Shown: positions 36,544-43,254 of the stretch, piece after piece
Layout: every line of letters begins with the position of its first letter
Position numbering within the stretch: position 1 is the first letter of the stretch
Origin: Candidatus Ryanbacteria bacterium RIFCSPLOWO2_12_FULL_44_26
Lineage (GTDB): Bacteria > Patescibacteriota > Minisyncoccia > Ryanbacterales > HO2-45-13
Assembly (NCBI GenBank): GCA_001821765.1
Contig: MHOA01000010.1
Span: 1-43,254, forward strand
Direction: 5' to 3'
DNA: 43,254 bases
The notes under the pieces: model-generated
Told to the model about the DNA's origin: nothing
Databases searched by the model: none
The model's input: only the letters and a program-made list of their open reading frames with translations
Program-made: the position numbers and the translations under genes

Positions 36544-37761
36544 ATGGCTAGGGCAGATTACATTGCTGGATTGGATATCGGATCTGAAAGCACCCGATTT
36601 GCATTGGTTGAACGAAAGGCCGGAGGCGCTTTTCATGTGCTTGGTGTTTCTGAAATTCCCACGGAAGGTGTTAGGAGAGGAGCCGTTTTAAAGCCGGAAC
36701 AGACCGCCTTGTCTATTCGTGAGGCGAAGGAAGAACTGAAGAAAATGACAGGCGTTGATCCGCGCGATGCGTATGTTGGGATAGGGGATTTTCGTGTCGC
36801 AATGTACCTTTCAAAAGGAGTAGTCGCGGTTTCCCGCGCAGATGGACAGGTTACCGCAGAAGACTCAAAAAGGGTGATGTTTGCCGCGGAGGACGCGCTT
36901 CCTCGGCTTCAAAACCGGCAAGTCATACATCAATTTCCAAAGTATTACCGGGTGGATGGTGATACACCAGTGCAGGATCCGGTTGGGATGACCGGAGTGA
37001 AACTCGAGACTGAAGCGGTGTTCGTGACAGTCTTTCTTCCTCATTATAAAAATCTTATGGAGGCTCTTGATATAGCCCGCGTATCAGCTGATGATATTGT
37101 GGTTTCTCAACTGGCCTTATCTGATCTTTTGCTTTCAAGGAAACAAAAAGAGATCGGAGTTTTATCGCTCAACCTCGGTGCTCAAACAACAGAAGTATGC
37201 GTGTGGGAAGAAGGAACACTGCTCTCTTTAGAGGTGTTTCCTATTGGTTCTGCGCACATCACGCATGATATAGGGCTGGGCTTCCGTGTCGGTGTCGACG
37301 TTGCGGAAAAATTGAAACGGTCCTACGCTTCAGTTATTGAGGGGGGAAAAAGGGAAATTAAGTTTTCAGGTTTTGATAAAGATCTTGAGGCGGTGTTTTC
37401 ACCAAGAAAACTCAAAGAGATTGTGGATGCACGCTTGGGAGATATTTTTGAGTTAACGCAAAAGCATTTAAAAAGAATTGGACGTTCAGGCTTGTTGCCG
37501 GCCGGAGCAGTGATAAGTGGAGGGGGAATGCAGCTGCCCGGCATTGTTGATGTGGCGAAAAACGAGCTTTCCCTTCCGGTGGAGTTAGCCCGTATATCGG
37601 GGTTTACAGGAAAAAGAGAATTATCAGATACGCCAGAATGGATGACAGTGCTGGCGCTGTGCTATTGGGGAGCTGAGAGCGAGAAGAGTGAATTCCCTGT
37701 GTTTCTTGGCAAATCTGTGCCCAAGAAAATCAAGCGGTTTTTAAGGTCGCTTATCCCTTAA
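36544..37761 (+). CDS. ftsA: Cell division protein FtsA
   Basis: GLDIGS, GVRRG, DPVGMTG.KLE, ITHDI, AEKLK, SGGG; upstream of ftsZ. Confidence 0.93.
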   Translation: MARADYIAGLDIGSESTRFALVERKAGGAFHVLGVSEIPTEGVRRGAVLKPEQTALSIREAKEELKKMTGVDPRDAYVGIGDFRVAMYLSKGVVAVSRADGQVTAEDSKRVMFAAEDALPRLQNRQVIHQFPKYYRVDGDTPVQDPVGMTGVKLETEAVFVTVFLPHYKNLMEALDIARVSADDIVVSQLALSDLLLSRKQKEIGVLSLNLGAQTTEVCVWEEGTLLSLEVFPIGSAHITHDIGLGFRVGVDVAEKLKRSYASVIEGGKREIKFSGFDKDLEAVFSPRKLKEIVDARLGDIFELTQKHLKRIGRSGLLPAGAVISGGGMQLPGIVDVAKNELSLPVELARISGFTGKRELSDTPEWMTVLALCYWGAESEKSEFPVFLGKSVPKKIKRFLRSLIP

Positions 37762-37940
37762 CATCTCATTGACGGGAACCGTCCGGCAAGCTAGTATATG
37801 GTATATTTTCTCATGGCGCAGTTTTAATGATGTTGCTTCTTGAAATGTAAAGGAGCGAACTACGCCATTGAAACGCTTTTAATGCTATAGTTTTCTCTTG
37901 ATAGTGTTTTCTTTTATTTTATTAAGTTTCACCGCAGCAT

Positions 37941-39065
37941 ATGCCACATATTAAACCAGACATTGAATCCTTTGCCCGTATTAAGGTAGTTGGGGTTGGC
38001 GGGTCTGGCACAAATACCGTCGATCACATGATCCGGTCTAAAGTGCGCGGCGTGGAGTTTATTGCGGTGAATACAGATGCGCAAGACTTACATAACGCGC
38101 TTGCAAAAAGAAAAGTATTTATAGGAAAAAATATCACAAAAGGGCTTGGTTCAGGCATGAACCCGGAGCTCGGTCGCGAGGCAGCAGAAGAATCTCGGGC
38201 AGAACTTACGGAATCGTTAAAAGGCGCTGATATGGTTTTCATTGCATGCGGATTTGGAGGAGGGACAGGAACGGGTGCCGCTCCCATCATCGCCAATATT
38301 GTAAAAGAGACGGGCGCTCTTGCGGTGGCCGTCGTCACCAAACCGTTTTCTTTTGAAGGTTCAGAACGCGCGAGAATTGCGGAGGAGGGGTTGATGCAGC
38401 TGGTTGGAGCAGTTGACGCAATGATTGTTATTCCGAATGACCGGTTGTTCGAAATTATTGAAAAGCAGACGCTGTTCCTTGAGGCCTTCGCTATGTGCAA
38501 TGAAGTTTTGAGGCAGGCTGTGGAAGGCATATCTGATCTTATCACTGTGCCGGGCATTATCAACGTTGATTTTGCGGATGTTAGAGCTATTATGCAGAAC
38601 GCTGGCTCGGCTTTGATGGGCATTGGATCGGCGAGTGGCGAACGGCGTGCAGTTGAAGCAGCTGAACGCGCGATTCGTTCTCCGCTGCTCGATATGTCGA
38701 TTAACGGCGCCCAAGGAGTACTTTTTTCTATAGCTGGGGGCCCTGATCTTACAATGTGGGAGATCAATGAGGCAGCGCGCATTATTACCGGGCCTGTCTC
38801 GAAAGATGCCAAAGTGATTTTTGGCGCCATGCGTGATGAAAAATTAAGAAAAGGGGAGATAAAAGTAACTGTCATTGCGACAGGTTTTTCCGGTGTAACC
38901 TCTGAATCTGCCGTGGCAGGCTCTTCCATAAACCTTTTTTCAGGAAGCACCCTACCCACACCAAAAACATATACCACAAAGCAAATGAATCACGAGAAAA
39001 CTGACGAAAAGAGAGAAGAAGGAGAATGGGACGCAGTCCCTGCTTTCTTAAGGAGAAAAAAATAG
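37941..39065 (+). CDS. ftsZ: Cell division protein FtsZ
   Basis: IKVVGVGGSG, NTDAQ, GGGTGTG, INVDFADV, VPAFLRR. Confidence 0.99.
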   Translation: MPHIKPDIESFARIKVVGVGGSGTNTVDHMIRSKVRGVEFIAVNTDAQDLHNALAKRKVFIGKNITKGLGSGMNPELGREAAEESRAELTESLKGADMVFIACGFGGGTGTGAAPIIANIVKETGALAVAVVTKPFSFEGSERARIAEEGLMQLVGAVDAMIVIPNDRLFEIIEKQTLFLEAFAMCNEVLRQAVEGISDLITVPGIINVDFADVRAIMQNAGSALMGIGSASGERRAVEAAERAIRSPLLDMSINGAQGVLFSIAGGPDLTMWEINEAARIITGPVSKDAKVIFGAMRDEKLRKGEIKVTVIATGFSGVTSESAVAGSSINLFSGSTLPTPKTYTTKQMNHEKTDEKREEGEWDAVPAFLRRKK

Positions 39066-39355
39066 AGTAGTTTACATTTCGGGCGTTTTATTTGTATGTT
39101 TTGACTCCGGCAGTGGAGCTGCAAGTGGGTCCTTTTGGGCAACAGTACGGTGGGGCTGATCGCTGTTTGCTGTGCCCAGCAATGTTTGTTGCGTGTTTTG
39201 TTTTTTAAAGCGTTTCAGGATTTGTTTTCCACACATGCAGCTTCATTTCATATTGAATTTTTTGTTCATATGTATATAATAAGAAGCAAGGCCGAAGAAC
39301 GTAAAACATATTCGGCCAACAGGACATAGATCATATTACATACTGGAGATAAGGG

Positions 39356-39398
39356 CATAAAATCTCGGTAACCAACCGAGATTTTATGTTTTTTTTTG
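39356..39398 (+). terminator. Strong intrinsic terminator
   Basis: CATAAAATCTCGGT/ACCGAGATTTTATG followed by a T9 run. Confidence 0.75.
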
Positions 39399-39608
39399 GA
39401 AATTATAGTCCAAGCCACTGAGGTTTTGAGGCAAGCGGGTGCGTTTTAAGCAATCCTGTTATAATGTCGTTTTTCGTTTTTCGTTTTTGCTTTCCCAGTT
39501 ACAAAGTGAACACACCGGCACTGTTTTGTATTCTTAATTTCAGGAAAGCTATTAGTTTTAGCTTGTTGTGTATTTCTTTAAAGCCAATATAAACGTTTAT
39601 TGCTTTTT

Positions 39609-39638
39609 TTGACGCTCTTGATTTTCTGTAACTATTAT
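39609..39638 (+). promoter_or_regulatory. Promoter of rnpB
   Basis: TTGACG-18 bp-TATTAT about 12 nt upstream of P1. Confidence 0.55.
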
Positions 39639-39650
39639 GGTAATCTATTT

Positions 39651-40525
39651 TTGGAATGTATCGTGTAATCGCCCCCTCACCTAAAAAGCGTTATTTTTTT
39701 GATTGCTCCTTGGGACGCCTTCACCATTGATATGCTTTTCAGCGGTAAGGTCAACAATGGTTTTAGGAATCACAACATATGTTTAAAGCTTTTTAGGTGA
39801 GGGGGAGGAAAGTCCGGGCACCGCCGTGTGTACTTCGCACACAACTAATAATAAATAACTCATAGCAAATAGCTTTTGTCGATCGCTGTTATTAGTTGCG
39901 GGCGGGGTGTGCACGGGAGAGGTAGTGGCTAACGGCCACCCGTCCCAGCAACAATAATAAAAAATTTATTGTAGCCGGGATACGAGAAAGTACCACAGAA
40001 ACTATACCGCCCTTCGATACGCTCAGGACAAGCCGCTTTTTGAAGGAGGCCTCTAGTTCTGAGTCCGCCAGATGGCGGATCGAAGAGTAAGGGTGAAAAG
40101 TGTGGTGTAAGAGACCACGGCACAATATGGCGACATGTTGTGATGGAAAACACTTATCACATATTTTATCAAAGATGTGTGATCCTGCGTTTTGCAGGAC
40201 CCGGTGCAACCCTGTGCGCATCTCACTACCGTTCGATGCAGAGTTATGAATAACGAATTATGAATTTAGGGTTTACATTGATTTTCTAATTCTTTATTCC
40301 AGTTTCTTATATCGAGCTGTGGCGAGGTGCGAAGGGGCTTGAGTCCGGAAGCAATCTCGGACCTAGACAGATGATTACGCCAATTTTGTCTGGCGGAGTC
40401 GAAAACAACATTGAGCGTTCTGCTATGAGCGGGGGCAACCCCGCAATCCCGCGGGATCCTCAATGTCGCGGCTTTATCGCTTAGGTGAAATTGGAACAGA
40501 ACCCGGCTTATAGATACGTTCTCAA
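39651..40525 (+). ncRNA. rnpB: RNase P RNA, greatly expanded (~875 nt)
   Basis: GAGGAAAGTCC (39805), P8 GTGGCTAACGGCCAC, AGTACCACAGAAA, GGGTGAAA, GCTTGAG, CTAGACAGATGA, ACAGAACCCGGCTTA (40496). P1 TTGGAATGTATC/GATACGTTCTCAA, P2 GTGTAATC/GATTACGC, P5 GCACCG/CGGTGC. Confidence 0.93.
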
Positions 40526-40570
40526 TACAACAAAAACCCCGCTTTAGCGGGGTTTTTGTTGTATTGAGAA
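40519..40570. terminator. 25-bp perfect inverted repeat, bidirectional terminator
   Basis: TTCTCAATACAACAAAAACCCCGCT-TT-AGCGGGGTTTTTGTTGTATTGAGAA. Confidence 0.85.
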
Positions 40571-40602
40571 AAGCAATAAAACCGACTCGGTGCTATGCTT
40601 TG

Positions 40603-40833
40603 TTATTCTCCTTTCTCTTCTATTAGGGCAACCTCTATTTTTCTTGGTATATCCCTTCTTCTCTCGAGTCTTTCTAAAATTTCCTCTATCTGATTTTTTT
40701 TATAAAGACGGTAGTTATTAAAGGGGTGTCTGTAAGGAATAAGTTTGCCCTGTTTATCCCAGTTACGAAGTGTCAATGTGGTAACGCCCAACAAAGAAGC
40801 GGCAGATTTTATTGTGTAGTATTCGTTTTCCAT
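40603..40833 (-). CDS. Stand-alone MerR/BldC-type HTH DNA-binding protein
   Basis: YTIKSAASLLGVTTLTLRNWDKQGKL..YRHPFNNYRLY. Confidence 0.85.
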   Translation of the reverse strand: MENEYYTIKSAASLLGVTTLTLRNWDKQGKLIPYRHPFNNYRLYKKNQIEEILERLERRRDIPRKIEVALIEEKGE

Positions 40834-40836
40834 ATG

Positions 40837-40882
40837 GTTTATTAATGTTTTATACAGATGTTTATTAATGTTTTGTATAAAT
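40837..40882. repeat. 23-bp tandem direct repeat upstream of the MerR-HTH start
   Basis: GTTTATTAATGTTTTATACAGAT / GTTTATTAATGTTTTGTATAAAT (20/23 identical). Confidence 0.65.
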
Positions 40883-41184
40883 CTTTAACTTTTGTTGGTA
40901 TACAAAGTGCTCACTGGTTCCTGTGTGTTTTAAAATGAAATCTTTTTTCATTCCTGCTTTTTTTATAATTTTTATGATAGTTCATGCATGTGCTTAGTAA
41001 AATTTTTTTTATGTAAACTTTTGCCTGAATTTTTTTTTGCTCATTTCTAGCCGTTTTATTTTTCCACAGGAATGCGTTTTATGGAGCGAGTTTTATCTTA
41101 TTTCCTTATATTCATTGTTCTATAATGAATATAGGTTCTATCCGATATTATATCGGATAATGATATTTTTATCTAACGACTTCT

Positions 41185-43254
41185 GTGGAAAAAAAACGCA
41201 AGGACAAGTATATTCCAATATCAAAACTGGCGGATGAAACCCCTTACAGTGCGGAGTATTTAAGCTTGCTCGCGAGACTAAAAAAGTTAGAAGCAAAAAA
41301 GCTTGGACGTAATTGGTATAGCACTCAAGCCGCTATTAAAAAATACCTTGCAAGACAGGCTGAAAGAAAAACCGTTCACGGAAACTTATTAAAAAATTAT
41401 GCCGGCATTGAGGAACCAAAACACGAAGTTCATGCCGCTGTCGCTCCTTTTTTGGACGCCGATGCAGGCAGTAGCGAAATTTTTAAAAACCAAAAGGATA
41501 CGAAAACTCAAGGAAGGCCTGTTTTTACCAGCGGACAATTTAGTGAAATAAATAACAACAGTGAACAAAAAAATAAAGGCGATGCGTTGTTTGAACGGTT
41601 TATAGAACGGTTCATCAAATTTTTGGATCTCTCTATTGAATCGCATTTTGGAATATTCCACAAGGTTTGGCGAACATTTAAAAGAGAGGTTAAAAGAATA
41701 GCAAAAAATCCTGCTAAAACCCTTATAGCCCTCATTTTAATTATTTTACTTACGCTTTTCCCTGCGAGTAAAGTGTTTAGCGATTTTAATGATGTTGTGT
41801 TTTATGCATATCAAAAAATAAGAGATGCAGAAACGTTAATGGGTCATCGCGCAGGAACGAGTCCCGGGGATGTGTTGCTTATTGATAAGTTTGGAAATAT
41901 TTCTATAAGAGGTCATATTGAGACAGAGGGGCAATTGCGCTCCTTTATAAAAGATGGCGTAGCGCCCATAGTTGTTGACTCTCTAACGAAAGTTGAAAAT
42001 TTAAACGTTGATTATTTGGATAATTTGTCTTCGGAAGATTTTACGCTGGCGTTTGTTACAAAAAACGGAAACATTACGTACGAAGATGTGTTTTTGGAGG
42101 GAAATGTAGAAGTTGGGAAAAAATTGCTTGTGAGAGGAGCGACAGAGCTGATGCAGGAGTTGACGGCACATGGGAAGTTATATGCGCTTGATGAAGCATT
42201 CTTTTCTAAAAACATTACGGTGAAGGGCGCCGCTGGCGTGCGCGATCTCTTGGCTGAAGGTTTTATTGTCGGCAAAGCTATACAAGGGGAAACCATATTT
42301 GCAGAAAAGGAAATCGCAGCGCCGGTGGTTACCGGCACAACTCGTGTTGAAGGAAAGTTTATAAGGGCCGGGAATCTTACTGTTGACGGGCAAAGCGTCT
42401 TTGGAGGAATGACCATGCATAACGGGGGGCTTTGGGCTACGCATGGTTCATTTAGAGATTCGCTGGAAACGGGCGGGAATTTTAGCGCATTTGGCGATGA
42501 TATAAACTTAGGAAAAGCGGCAAAGAGTAAAATTGTCGTATATGGACAGAGTTTTACGTTTAATGGAAGCACTGTTTGCACCAAATCTTCATGTCCATCT
42601 GCAAACGACAGCGGCTGGACCGACGACGGAACAATAGTTCGGCTTACTGCCAACACCGACATTGTTGGAATTGGCACGACATCCCCGTGGGATAGCGCCG
42701 CTTTGGCAATAGAGCAAAACGGCTCCGCGCCGTCATTTGTTGTTGGTGATGACGGCACCTCCACGCCCCTTTTTTATATTGATCCAAAAGGAAATATCGG
42801 TATCGGCACCACATCCCCAGCGCGGGATTTTGCTGTGTTAGGAGCAACATACCAAACCGGCACATCAACAGTTGGAAATCTTATAAAAACCCTTGGCACG
42901 GGAACATCTACCATTGCCGGCCGACTGGAGGTTACCGGAAGAATACTTGCCGATGGCGGAGGCAGGGTTTGTACGTCAGCGAATGGGGTGTGTTCTGCCT
43001 CCGCCGCAGGCGGCTGGACCGATGACGGCACGGTGGTGCGGCTCACGACCGCCACCGACCAGGTCGGGATCAACACGACCACCCCGTGGGGGCAATTCTC
43101 CGTTGACCAGCTGGATGATCAGGGACGGCGCAAACCCATCTTTGTTGTCGGCGATAACGGCACCTCCACTCCGCTGCTGTTTGTCACACAGAAAGGCATC
43201 GTCGCGCTGGGGTCCACCACTCCCGGAGCCAATCTGCTCAAAGGAAGTCTGGTG
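41185..43254 (+). CDS. Giant surface protein, partial (runs off window): N-terminal HTH, TM, tail-fibre-like GIGTTSP repeats
   Basis: Frame +1 from GTG 41185 with no stop seen (absent from the track). YIPISKLADETPYSAEYLSLLARLKKLEAKKLGRNWYST; TM LIALILIILLTLF; APIVVDSLTKVENLNVDYLD; two GWTDDGT.VRLT..TD.VGI.TT.PW units. Confidence 0.85.
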   Translation, partial: MEKKRKDKYIPISKLADETPYSAEYLSLLARLKKLEAKKLGRNWYSTQAAIKKYLARQAERKTVHGNLLKNYAGIEEPKHEVHAAVAPFLDADAGSSEIFKNQKDTKTQGRPVFTSGQFSEINNNSEQKNKGDALFERFIERFIKFLDLSIESHFGIFHKVWRTFKREVKRIAKNPAKTLIALILIILLTLFPASKVFSDFNDVVFYAYQKIRDAETLMGHRAGTSPGDVLLIDKFGNISIRGHIETEGQLRSFIKDGVAPIVVDSLTKVENLNVDYLDNLSSEDFTLAFVTKNGNITYEDVFLEGNVEVGKKLLVRGATELMQELTAHGKLYALDEAFFSKNITVKGAAGVRDLLAEGFIVGKAIQGETIFAEKEIAAPVVTGTTRVEGKFIRAGNLTVDGQSVFGGMTMHNGGLWATHGSFRDSLETGGNFSAFGDDINLGKAAKSKIVVYGQSFTFNGSTVCTKSSCPSANDSGWTDDGTIVRLTANTDIVGIGTTSPWDSAALAIEQNGSAPSFVVGDDGTSTPLFYIDPKGNIGIGTTSPARDFAVLGATYQTGTSTVGNLIKTLGTGTSTIAGRLEVTGRILADGGGRVCTSANGVCSASAAGGWTDDGTVVRLTTATDQVGINTTTPWGQFSVDQLDDQGRRKPIFVVGDNGTSTPLLFVTQKGIVALGSTTPGANLLKGSLV

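Noticed and set aside
31737-38977. Long antisense ORFs 31737-32666 and 38024-38977 (also 18022-18810 and 42012-42764)
   Set aside because: Shadow frames of fusA, ftsZ, the NSS transporter and the giant protein.
39130-39180. Hairpin TGGGCAACAG...CTGTGCCCA as SRP RNA
   Set aside because: Lacks the SRP domain IV motif (CAGG..GNRA..AGCAG).
39892-40463. Minus-strand ORFs 39892-40221, 39929-40153 and 40266-40463
   Set aside because: They are antisense to the RNase P RNA and show no protein motifs.
39651-40525. Group I/II intron as the cause of the rnpB length
   Set aside because: The extra sequence is spread over many separate helices of 40-135 nt; no intron core or homing ORF is recognisable.
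1-43254. Alternative genetic code (TGA = Gly, code 25)
   Set aside because: Conserved genes are full length under code 11, and lepB, rpsU and the CaCA antiporter end at TGA.

Overview
The window looks like chromosomal DNA of a Patescibacteria (CPR, probably Parcubacteria) genome using genetic code 11. This is an inference from the CPR-type bL28 and bS21, the small CxxC..CxxC zinc protein, SD-less core genes and a giant HTH-TM-GIGTTSP-repeat protein. The left ~20 kb is accessory: a divergent sigma-70 with an alpha-CTD-like N-terminus, tRNA-His, mini-CreD, GNAT, a RelB/DinJ-RelE/YafQ TA pair, a GH6 glycoside hydrolase, a 6S-like RNA, an ECF sigma/anti-sigma pair, two paralogous membrane-protein cassettes, HAD, SDR, a secreted cysteine-protease-like protein and an NSS transporter. 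The middle holds a DsbA-VKOR-DoxX cluster with a Ca/Na antiporter and a P-type ATPase. The right part is core: pepA, rpmB, S2P protease, rpsL-rpsG-fusA, pth, lepB, hisS, rpsU, yqeY, ftsA-ftsZ, rnpB, and a MerR-type HTH gene divergent from a giant surface protein that runs off the window. The most notable observations are: (1) a ~875-nt RNase P RNA with intact catalytic motifs and many expanded helices; (2) a 45-bp promoter shared (33/45, ungapped) by the ECF sigma operon and the GH6 gene, suggesting a surface-sensing ECF regulon; (3) a duplicated 3-TM plus small-TM cassette, one copy flanked by 51-bp direct repeats at a pspC pseudogene; (4) an alpha-CTD/sigma-70 fusion; (5) a compact 6S-like RNA. 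All family calls come from motif recognition by eye; no searches were run.
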